Shown here: piece by piece, positions 49,601-59,441 of the stretch
Layout: every line of letters begins with the position of its first letter
Position numbering within the stretch: the stretch's first letter is position 1
Source of the DNA: Raillietiella orientalis
Taxonomy: Eukaryota
Direction of reading: 5' to 3'
DNA length: 64,000 nt
Assembly: GCA_036172245.1 (NCBI GenBank)
Contig: JAYWIR010000029.1
Span: 2,046,001 to 2,110,000 of the forward strand
Made by a program: the position numbers and the translations under genes
Notes under the pieces: model-generated
Told to the model about the DNA's origin: nothing
Databases searched by the model: none
Seen by the model: only the letters and a program-made list of their open reading frames with translations

Positions 49601-52208
49601 GCAACAAAGGATCGCGAGAAAGGGTGAACTCTTTAGGCGTGTTTCTGTGAGCACGAGGTGCTCGGATCCCTTACTCGTCTTCGCACGCACCTTTGTTCCA
49701 GAGATGTTCACGACTCGATGCGCTCAGATTCACGGGATGGAGGGTGAACTTCGTTTCCTCCGAAACCAGTTATCCTTAATTGATTTCCTTTTTCTCTTAG
49801 CAGGAGTACCTTCATTGATTATCCAATTATCTGATTTTTTTTCTTCGTCCGCTTCCGTCTACCATCACTCGGAGTACCCTCGCAATTGTATCTTGACGTG
49901 ATGAGTTTCGTGATCTCACATTGCGACCAGTCTCAGATATTTAGTAGAGCGAGAGGTTACCTTCAGCTGCTTAGAAATGTGGAACATGTAACAATGCTTG
50001 CTAGCTGTAAGAGGACGCACAACAATGATTTCATATACCTACGCCTGTTCAGAAATGTGACAGTGCTCGCTAAATACAAGGTGCCCAAACAATGAATTGA
50101 TCCGCAAATTCCCCTGCAGTTGTCCAGAGATGTGAAGTGCGCAACAATGGCTTGCGAAATTTGAGCCGCGCCAACAATGAATCGATCCGCAAATTCCCCT
50201 GCAGTTGACCAGAGATGTGAAGTGCGCAACAATGGCTTGCGAAATTTGAGCCGCGCCAACAATGAATCGATCCGCAAATTCCCCTGCAGTTGACCAGAGA
50301 TGTGAAGTGCGCAACAATGGCTTGCGAAATTTGAGCCGCGCCAACAATGAATCGATCCGCAAATTCCCCTGCAGTTGACCAGAGATGTGAAGTGCGCAAC
50401 AATGGCTTGCGAAATTTGAGCCGCATCGACAATGATATCCGAAAAACTCAAAAACATTTGATACTTCAAAAGAAGAAAACCAAATACGTTCCTTCAAAAC
50501 AGACATACTCTATCCTCGTGAGCGATTGCGGAACACGGTGGCGCATTTGCGATGTAGCTCCTGGTACAAAAGAAATCTTCTCCCGAGAAACGACTTCAAA
50601 CGATGACTCGCTACGATTTCTTAATTGGATTCATTTTCGGATCTTGCGCACTCTCTGTGATGCCGATTTCGTGGCGTCGTTTGTTTTGAATCGAGGATTC
50701 AAGTTTTGCTTTCGCAGCTCGTTTGCACAACTTTGTTCGGTTTCTTCCTCTGTTCCTTCGCTGCATTACGAGCCAAGCAACTCCTGCCTGGGGAATTTCT
50801 CCACAGAGCTTTCAAAGCTGGAAAAACAAATTCACTTCGCCGCTGCATCTCGGTGTAGCGAAGGGTGCAGTAAGACTTTGCATTAAAAGCTGGCATTCCT
50901 ACAACCAATCAATGGGATCCCTTCTTTGTAATGAGCATAAGGGAGAACGAGTTCGTGAACCGGAGCCAGCGACATTGGCGCTCTGCTACCCATCTGCCGA
51001 ACAGGAAAAGAACACGCATCGCTAAGCTTCCAATCCGTTCCGCATGATTAATAATAAAAAAAAAGGACCACAGTTGCAACGAATGAGTTTATACCGAGAA
51101 ATTGGTTCGAACACTCAAGGGGAAAAAAAAAATTACCTGGCTTTCCGATTCACACGATGTGGAGGTGCACAACACGAACTTACAGAACATGATTCCCGGC
51201 TGCCATTTCAAATCTGCTGGGGGGGATCCAGCTTTGTGTGGATGACTATCAATCGGATGCCTATAAACTTTTGATCCCAAGAGACAGGAGGCAGAGCGAC
51301 CGGCTGTAAACAGCCTGCGGAGTGAATGAGACAGTTTTTCTGCTAACGAAACCATGGGAAACCACCAGTTAAGAATGGGAAAATCTAAGACGAGGAAACA
51401 GCGAAGCGATGCTCCACTTTCAAGACATGATTCATTTCGCCTGTCGGAACGACGTCGCGACCTTCGCTGCCGAGATCTCCAAACAGAGGTCGCGGAAAGG
51501 ACGCCTGTCTCGCCTTGCGTAAACGATGGAATAGCAAGACTCGAAGATGGAAGGCGGGCGGAAAGCGTTCCAGAAAATTCCTTCCGGTGCGGTCACTCTC
51601 CAGGTGGGAGGAGGAGTGGTATCGGTCGGCGATGCTTTGCGGACGGCTCCACTCAATCATGGCAAGGGATACAGGAAGGGCGATGCAGGGACGCAGTGAT
51701 GCTTGGAGGCTGCGAGGGTGAACCGCTCTGAACTCCGCTGCCGCTCTCTGCCGAAGCGCGAGAGCGCGCCGAAGAAAAACCGGAAGCGTGGAGCTCGTAC
51801 TGCCCTGCGCAGGACGAGGTTGCTGAGACCACGAATCTTTTCCCGGCTTTCCCTCCATCTGCTACTCCCCTGCTGGAGGATGACGGGGGATCCCTCCCGG
51901 AGCTCGCCGGAGGGAATCACTCGCGGTGGCAGCGTGTCTCCAGGAGGCGATCGGGCAGCGCTGGTCTCTCGGGTCTGCTCCGGAGATTCGTGTGGGGTTT
52001 ATCCGCAGCAACGCTTGCGGGTGGCTGCGGGGCGGTCTGGGGAGGAAGAGAGGATACCGCGGGTTCGGTAAGGGGGAAGGAGGAGGGGAATGAGGCTGAG
52101 CGCATCCCTGCCGCCAGGGATGTCAAGCGAGGTCCTCGCGTTCCCCTGAACCGGATAGACCACACCCCGCCCACGATGCGCGCGTTACTCACGTGCTCGT
52201 CGGTGCAT
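37497..52208 (-). CDS. Gene 2: clip-domain trypsin-like serine protease, Stubble/Notopleural family, CG13744-like (spliced model, 401 aa; 388 aa if started at ATG 46152)
   Basis: Exons 52208-52193, 46175-46068, 40519-40235, 40188-40023, 38239-37947, 37887-37733, 37679-37497 sum to 1206 nt in frame. Motifs: hydrophobic anchor, 6-Cys clip, KR/VIGG, TAAHC, QPDRYDLAIL, GWG, DACL/GDSGGP, SAGFGC...QPGIYH. Confidence 0.88.
37733..37887 (-). CDS. Gene 2 exon (S1 pocket Asp)
   Basis: tgaag/G-RTGTHLLQKVEVPILSNEACIVWHQQKNIRLELHEEMMCAGFAEGRKDACL/gtgagt. Confidence 0.93.
37947..38239 (-). CDS. Gene 2 exon (catalytic Asp)
   Basis: ctccag/ANMEDIEVHLGEYDVKDTGYFYEPLPSQ...HPNFQFMTLQPDRYDLAILHL...APICLP...VVAGWGKTDNSL/gtgagt. 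Confidence 0.95.
40023..40188 (-). CDS. Gene 2 exon (activation site and catalytic His)
   Basis: CGLQPTFLQKR-VIGGKAAHFAEFPWLVHLRISDYQCGGVLVSEYHVATAAHCIFR/gtaggg; not represented in the ORF track. Confidence 0.93.
40235..40519 (-). CDS. Gene 2 clip-domain plus short linker exon
   Basis: caccag/KRGIIQSLLGINSKCTHEGLVFDCTTTWRCWSSGGINIGSCSINRLYTCCAPP...YNSI/gtaagt. Confidence 0.88.
46068..46175 (-). CDS. Gene 2 signal/anchor exon
   Basis: Long poly-T tract then gtgcag/RRPCYWNMLISSRGLVIILAVAICCVEKTLASNER/gtaagc; phase 1 matches the 40519 acceptor. Confidence 0.75.
46516..46573. repeat. (GGA)n microsatellite, interrupted
   Basis: Two GAG/GGA runs separated by ggggga; a (CCA)n run lies nearby at about 46248-46270. 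Confidence 0.9.
50088..50427. repeat. Minisatellite, 4 x 85 bp
   Basis: Units start at 50088, 50173, 50258 and 50343 (AACAATGAATCGATCCGCAAATTCCCCTGCAGTTGACCAGAGATGTGAAGTGCGCAACAATGGCTTGCGAAATTTGAGCCGCGCC); unit 1 has 2 substitutions; no spacers. Confidence 0.97.
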
Positions 52209-52225
52209 GGGTGCCAGGGGGAGTT
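52193..52225 (-). CDS. Gene 2 candidate 33-nt micro-exon carrying a start codon (ATG at 52208; MHRRA)
   Basis: Polypyrimidine tract plus ttgcag/AACTCCCCCTGGCACCCATGCACCGACGAGCAC/gtgagt; phase 1, in frame with 46175. Confidence 0.5.
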
Positions 52226-54053
52226 CTGCAAGAGAGTGAGGAGGAGGAGGAGGAGGAGGGGGGGGGGAAGAGGGTCACGCAGCAATCCACAAGCCGGTCT
52301 TCCCTCTGCTCGACGGCGGCGGGACTCTGCCCCTCACCAGCGCATGATCCTTTCCCACAGAGCCTCAGTGCTTCTCGTCCACCCCTCCTTCCTCAACGAC
52401 ATGCTCGAGAAAGACTCCGAGGGAAGCTCTGGACGGCGCTCCAGATTCCATCAAAGGATTTCTCGGTATGGAACAGCGGGTTCTCGTCTTGCGGACCGCC
52501 GCCAGCGCACTTTTACTTTTCCTGAGCGCCGGTCATGTTCTGCCATTATTCGTCTTGCCCATCCTCCCCTCGGGCAAAAAACCAGCGTTGCTACTTTCCT
52601 ACTTCCAGAACTTTCACTGACACACAATGGGCGGCCCGTTCTTTCTCTCTCCGCTCTGTACCCTTTGAGACTCCCTTTTCGGACTCCCAGCTGCAGCCGC
52701 AGCCCGACCCTTTCCCCGACTCTGCCATCCCTCTTGACCCTCCTCGGGCAATCGATTGACCTGATGGTCGGAGCGAGTGAACGCCCTCGCCCGTCCCTGC
52801 CTTCCTGCTCTCCCCTAGACAGCTCCGGAGTGGCCGGGCGCTGAGCGCGCTTCCGCTCGGCAACGGGTCGTCAACCGAGGTCTCCTGTCTGCCTTTCGGT
52901 CTTCATACGGAGCTCCTCCTTCCTCCCTGAGGAAGAGGTGAGGAGGGGGTCTCCTTGGCCAGCGCGGTGCCTCCTCGGCTCAAGTCCTCTGTTCGCGAGA
53001 GGGGGGAGAAGGAGGAGGGGGAGGAGTCGCGCGCGCGGGAGCGCTTCGCGCGCCGCTTCCCAGCGTGCGCGTGCGCGCGCACTCTTCCGTGCGTGGAGAG
53101 CCCGATCGCTCCGGACGGAGGCCTCCTGAGAGCGCCTTCCTTCCAAAAGTGGGGCGCCGTCGGCACGGCGGCTTTCTCTTGGGCCCCCGCGCTCGTCGCC
53201 GGGAACTCGCCCGGGGGAATAAGGCGCCGCCGCCCTTCCTGTGCCCTGTGCTCTCCCCAAGAACCGAGGCCCCTGGAGCGAGGACTCCAGGGAAGAGGGG
53301 GCAGGCGGGACGACCCTCCTTTCTCTGGGTCGATCGGACGCCGGGGCTATCAGAACGGCAAGTGGATGGTCCAGTAGCTCTGGCGGTCCTCAGGCTCGGA
53401 GGGCGTTTCGAGCCCTCGAGCGGAACGACCCTTAAGAGATGACGGGAGAGGGGAGGGAGGGGGAAGGAAAAGGGACAGCGAGAGACTTTGCCCTGGCATC
53501 CCTCGTCGTTTCGCGCCCTCTGTCACGAAATCCCGGTTCTTCCCCTCGCCCACCTCCGCCCCGTCAGCACGTATCCCCTCCTCTGCCTTCTCGGGATGCA
53601 TCCCATTTGTCCCCTCTCTCCCCGGTCTTATCCGAACCCGGGGAGAAGCGCTTCTGAAAACCAGAGGACTCCTTTCCTCTCCAACTCTCGAGAGGGAACG
53701 CCCTTTCCGGGGCCACGCTTCTCCCGGCATCAGAGCTCCCTGCAGGAGAGTGGCGCTGGGGACACCTGGGTTACTCCGGAGCGTGGAGGCGTCCCTCTCT
53801 CCTGAGCCGGTGCAAGTGGGGTCGACACGCCCGTCGCATATTCCGGGCATTCCCTTACCCGAGAGAAGGAAGAAGAAGGAGGGTCCCTCTCCCCTTTCCA
53901 GCACGGCAGATGTTTCCAAGGTGACGGAGCCTCTTGCGAAGGAAGTGGCGACAAGGTTGAGAACGTGGTCTTCCCTCGGCCCGCCTCCCCGCTCTTCGAG
54001 TGCTTCCGTTTGGTCGATGGCGGGGAACTTCACCGCCATGGGTGCTGTTTCGG

Positions 54054-54240
54054 CGGGGGGGAAGAGGAGAAGGGAGGAAGAGAAGAGGAGGGAGAAGAGG
54101 AAGAGGGAGGAGGGAGGAAAAAGGGTGAAGGAAGAGGAGGAAGAAGAGGGAATGAAAAAGATGGGCGAGGAGCAAGAGAAAAGGAGGGAGAGGAGAAAAA
54201 GGAAGAGGTGAGAATGAGGAGGAGGAGCAAGAGAAGGAAG
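54054..54240 (+). repeat. Polypurine (GA-rich) low-complexity tract
   Basis: About 190 nt almost exclusively A/G. Confidence 0.85.
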
Positions 54241-57200
54241 TGCCGAAAGCACAGGAGGCACGCCGGCTCTCAAGCAACTACTGACTTGCAGCCGTCAGAG
54301 AAGTCTCCGAGTGGAGGAGAAGGAGGAGGAGAGGAGGGAGAATGTGAAGCAATGCGCAGCAGGAACTAGTAGACGACGGCGCGAGGAGGATCCCGGGTCC
54401 CGGAAGGGGGTCGTTCACATTAGGCAGGAAGAGAATGGGAATGAGAATCGCAAGGAGGGCTGGTGCAGAGGATCCCCCTTCTCCAGGAGAGGCGGAAGAG
54501 TCTGGTGGTAGGCGTGGTCGTCCCTGGATACGAAGGCTTGGAACACTGGAGGGAAGGATGAAACTTCCGCAAACCCGACACGCATTGGCTGCCACCTCCT
54601 CTCCGAGGCGTTCAGGGCTCCCGTCCTTCCCGGTGAACTCTCATCTCCGGAGGGAAGGAGAGGGGAAGCCGGGCGAAGAGGTTGCCCGGTGTTCGTCGCG
54701 GACTCTCGACGGCGCCGGAGGCTGGTGAAAGACGCCTCCGTGTTGTGCCACCAGATCGGCACAGGAGTTCGACCCGGGAGATCCCTCGAGGAGTATCTTA
54801 GCCGCCATATTCTCCTAGTGGACAGGTCAGGAGCTCCTGCAGCTCCTGCTGCTAAACCGAGATCCTCAGGTAACGGTCGCCCTCGCCCGCGGGCAGGACA
54901 ACCGGGGAGGAGGTAGAGCTCATCCTCCGTTACAGCTTCCGATGTATCCTTTCTTTCTTTCTCTCCCCCTCCCCCTCCCAGGACTGCGTGCGCTAGGAGA
55001 GGGCGCAGCCGGCTTCCCTCGAGCAGCGGCCAGAAAGATGACCTTCCTTCCACCTGTCTTTGGTCCCTGACGCAAGTGGCCTCGACTTGACCGAATGACC
55101 CGGGTCGCCTGGAAATCTGCGGCCGAAGAAGGGGACGAGGGGTAGTGTTCGGAAGCAGGGGACGAGGCAGGGAGGGGGGCCAACGCTCAGGAAGATCGGG
55201 GAGAGGACAAGGCGGGAGAGTAACTCGGGACTTCCAACATCTCTCCGCACCGCTTCGGGGTCAGTACCCCTTTCCCTGCGGCCCAGCGGGAGGCAGGTAC
55301 CTTTGCTCCGAGACTACAGGTGGCAGGGAACGGGGCCCGAGATGTTGAATGGGAAAGGCACGCGCGAGTGCCTCACCCTCCGAGACGCTGTCCCAGGGAG
55401 GTGGCTCCTCAACCTCCCATACCTGGTGGCCCTCGAGGCGTATCGCCACTGCCGGAGTCTCTGGCTCTCCGAGTTGCCTTCGGTGAGATCCGCCTCCCTC
55501 GGAGTGAGGGAGGAGCGGAGTCTGGCTCGCGCTGGAAATCTCCCCTGGCAACGAGGCGAGGAGGGAAGCTCCGCCTCGCTTCACCTCCTGGTCCGTGTTC
55601 GCCTTTCATGGAGAGCCGTTCCCGTGGAGGTACCAGGGAACCCTGGAGGGACCCGTAGAGGTTCCAGGCCTTGCATTCTTTGGTTTCAATCCCCTCCTCC
55701 TTCCAGGGATCAGCTCACCCTGACCCCTGTCCACCAGGAGCGGAAGGAGGGGCTCACCTCCTTCCTAGGCAGAGACCTCCTGTGGTTCTTGGAAACGGGG
55801 AGGACTCGCGCTAGAGCATGGGAATGCCCCCGACAACTCGGAATCGTCCCTAGCCCCATCCCCTATTCTCGGTGGACGGGATCAGGGAGAAGGAAAGCGA
55901 GAGCATCTTCCGCTGTTCCTCTCTGCCTGCAGAGGATCCGAGGGATGTGCCTCCGTCGGCCGCGAGGGGTAGGAAAGGGAGGGAAAGGCTTTGCTCTGTG
56001 CCCTCTGGGGATCTTTCTTGGAGTTTCTGGGAAGGAGGAGGAAGAAGAGGAGAAGGAGGAAGGACCGGGGAGGAGAGGAAGGGGCGCGCAGCCTCCATAC
56101 TGAAGTCCCCCCGTTCCGGCCGGCAACGACCGCACTCGAACGTTCCCGCGGAGGAGGAGGGGAGAGGGGAGAAAGGGAGCGGATCCTCCCCGCTCACCTC
56201 TTCCGCCTCCCCCGTCCCCCGGGATTCCGCCGCCGCCGCCTCCACTCCGGCACCGCGGTTGCCTGGCAGCGGCGGCAGCCAGCGAGGAGTGAAATTTGGG
56301 TTGAGCCGATCGGTGGAATCACTCGGCTGCGACACTCCGAGAGGGATGGGGAGAAAGGCACTCGAAGGGGAGAGGGGAGTGGAAGGAGGGACGACTCGGG
56401 AGAAAAGGAAGGGTCGGGCCCGAACGGACCATCTTTCCGAGGGTGGCGAGGATGTTTCCGGCTTCCAGAAACGAGTGCTTTCCCTCCCGGGATCGCAAAG
56501 TGCTCCCTCTTCCTCCTCCTGGATCCTATCCTCCGAAAATAGGGAGTGGGGATGGTGTGAGTGGGGGGCGCTCCCGGGGCTGAGCGAGCCCTCCTTCCGC
56601 TCCCTAGAACCGCAGGGGCTTCTGCCGCGGCTCCAAGGGGAAAGGGGGATCGGCTCTTTCCCGGGAGGATAGCATGTGGAGGAGGAGGAATGAGCCAAAA
56701 CGGACCTTCTGGCGCATCTCTACTCGCCCCTGTCCTCTCCCCACACCATACCACATGGGAACACGAGAGTCCAGGTCATAGGGACCAGGCTTACCCCTAT
56801 TTCCCCCCCCCGCACATTCCCTCTTCCTACTGTCGGGCCCCTTACTCGAAGCTGAGCGCTGCGGTTGCGTCGATGAGCGTGAAAGCACCCCCCCAGCCTC
56901 ATCCTCCGCCTCTGTTCCCCTTCCTCCCGCCGTCGGGAGACGCTCCGGAGGGATTCGCTTGCTACCCTCAGCAAACCCGCATCCGAAATCGTCACCCTTC
57001 CGAAAGAACGAAAGGGAGGTGGCAATAGTAGACCCGACGGGCATCCGAAGAAGCGGTGAATCCCCTCGACTCTCCTGGAAAGTTTGGCTGCACCCGCCCT
57101 TTCGGGAGGGCATGGAACCTTATGTGCTCCCGACTCACAGAGAGCGGGGGAAGGAGGAGGGGCGAGTAGAAGTCCCATGAAGTGCCAACCCCTCCCTTTC

Positions 57201-59099
57201 TCTCCGGAGGCGTCCGCCAAAGCGCTTTCTCGGGAAGAGAGGACGCCATTCCGACCTTCCGTTGGAGAGCGCCGGCACGAAGAAAACGGGAATGCCAAGT
57301 TTTCCGGACCGGGACGCCTGCAAACTGGGGCGGAGATCCCTCGGCTGGAGGTAGAGGATGGAGAGAGGGTGGGGAGGACAGCACGCTCTTCTCTCCTTCC
57401 CTCCCCCTTCTTCTTAGAATTCCGCGAAAGTTGAAAATCCGGGACTACTCCCGGGAGTTAATCCGGGAAAGTCCTCCGTCCTCCTGGCTTTCCCGGGCAA
57501 GTCAGGGAAAAAATGGAGGGCCGGAAAAACGAGGAAAGGAGGTGTTGGGAGGCGCGCGCGCATTCCGGGAAGAAACGGTCTCCTAGAATGCTCACCTGGA
57601 TCATCAGATCGCCGTCTCCTCCTCTCCCGTCCCGGCCTCCCGGCCGCTGCGCTTTCCTGGATCCTTCCCGGATGGCCAGTAGGTCGGACGCGTCCTCAGC
57701 TCTGCACTTGCTGATCCGAAGAGGCGGTCGCCGTAGCAGCAGCTTCCCTCCGCTTCCCCCTGACCCGGAAAAAAGTGCCCCACCTCCCACGGGGTTGCTC
57801 CTCCCACGCGTCGAGCGTGCGCGCATCGCTTTCCCTTTCCGCGACCTGGCCCATGCGCGGGGGGGGAGGGAGGAAAGGACGAGGCGGAAAAAGTCACTGA
57901 GAGGAGCTGACAGCAGCCGCTCGCCATTTCCTTAAGAACTAGGCTGCCGACTCTGAGAGTTCTCTGGAAGGACCTTTCCTGCAGGGAGCCATTTTCCTAC
58001 CCAGAATCCTCCCGAGCTGTGCCATCCCCCAGGGGATGAACTGCCCCCGACCCTTCGCAAATGCAAAAAGAGGCCCCTCCATGTTCAGGTCTCTCGCGCC
58101 CCTCGCTTTAACCCAATGTCCGAAAGCGACCTCGGTTCCTCTGGCAGGCGCTGCTGCTGCTGCTTCCACTTCGGAAGATCCCTCCTTCGCCTCTTCTGCG
58201 ACGTCACGCGTTTCCCCGACTCGCCATTGCTTGCCATCGGGTCTGCGACTTCCAATACTTCCGGTCGCTCTAAAGGGGGTAGGGGGAGGGATGGCACGGA
58301 GCTCCCGAGGTGTCATCCTGTTCGGCTGCTGGACTCAGCAACCTGCCCCTTCCCCCGAGGGTCCCTGGAGGCGCCAAGTGGGAGTTTTTCGGTCCCGCTC
58401 GACCGCTTCCGAGCCGCCTTGCCCCACGTGCTCCGCTGGAGGACGGTGCCTCTGGTGACGCTCCCCTAGTGGCTCTCGGCGTCTGCGAGAACGGTCTGTA
58501 TGGACACTCGCCGCCTTCGCAACCATGCGTGCGCGGTCCGCAAAAAAGCCGTCTCGAAGGGGGTCCAGCAGTGCGACCAGTCGGAAGATCGCCGCTCTCT
58601 TTTCAGGGTCTCCGAGAGCCTGGACAAAAAAAGGGGAAGTGGTTCATCACGTTCGGGACTCACCCACAGGCGATCTGGAGCGCTGAACTCACGACCCTGC
58701 AGACGCTTCTCTCCCCCCCTTCCCTCTCTGGTGACGGAGCGTCCGACAGGGTCTCCAAGCGACCACTCTTCTCCCTCTTCTCATCTAGGGAACTTGCCAA
58801 CGCGGCAGCAACCCTGCCCCTATCCCGGAGTTCGCAGGCTGCAAGTCCAGGAAAAACGGAGGCGGCGTGCCCGTGAGGATGGACGATGTCCCCTAGGGGC
58901 GAAGGGGGGGGAGGGGAAGCGTGAGCCCAGAGCTCGTCGTTTCTTTTAAGCGGCATCAAAAGGTAATCCTTCCTCTCCTTTTCCACTTCCTCTTCGTCGA
59001 AGAACGACTCGTTACTCTGCTAGACGCTCCCCGAAAGGAGCAGCGCTCTTTTCGGGAGCGCCCAGCAGCCTTCGTGTCAGCGTCCGAATCTTCTGACAT

Positions 59100-59441
59100 T
59101 CTGGAAGGAATACTCTCCCTGAAAAGGAATATCAGCCAGCTCTATGGCACGCAAGATAGTAGGCCCTTTCACAACCGGAGGAGCAACCGGTTTCTAGATT
59201 CCTGGAAGAATCCCGGAGGGTCAACTTCCAATCCATGCAGGTCAACGGGAGCATCCGGAGTTTTCCGGATTCCACCGGTGTGGTACCCGGATAGACAACC
59301 AGAGTCATCTTTCTGGGTGGGGACTCGAAACCCATGACGCACCCCCCGTTCTCGGCGTTGATCCTTCTCCGGGAGGTATTCGAACCCGCGACGCTTGGCA
59401 CCGCTAGCGGAGGATCGAGTCGGTGCTGCACCGCAGCGGAC
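59100..59441 (-). mobile_element. tRNA-derived SINE-like element, copy 3
   Basis: Minus strand reads CCAAGCGTCGCGGGTTCGAATAC...GGGGGTGCGTCATGGGTTTCGAGTCC...AAGATGACTCTGGTTG...GATTGGAAGTTGACCC...TTCCAGGAATC, colinear with copies 1 and 2; 3' boundary approximate. Confidence 0.65.

Noticed and set aside
50088..50427. CRISPR array or repeat-protein ORFs (49963-50506)
   Set aside because: Units are head-to-tail with no unique spacers, there are no cas genes and the context is eukaryotic; 85 is not a multiple of 3, so the ORFs just cycle through frames
51917..52285. ORF containing RIVGG after a poly-Leu stretch, as a third protease
   Set aside because: No PWQ, CGG or AAHC follows; RIVGG lies just inside an intron after a GTGAGT donor, and the Leu run is a (CTC)n polypyrimidine tract with no in-frame ATG
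59185..59192. Grainy head site AACCGGTT
   Set aside because: A single 8-mer is expected by chance in 64 kb, and it lies within a repeat copy
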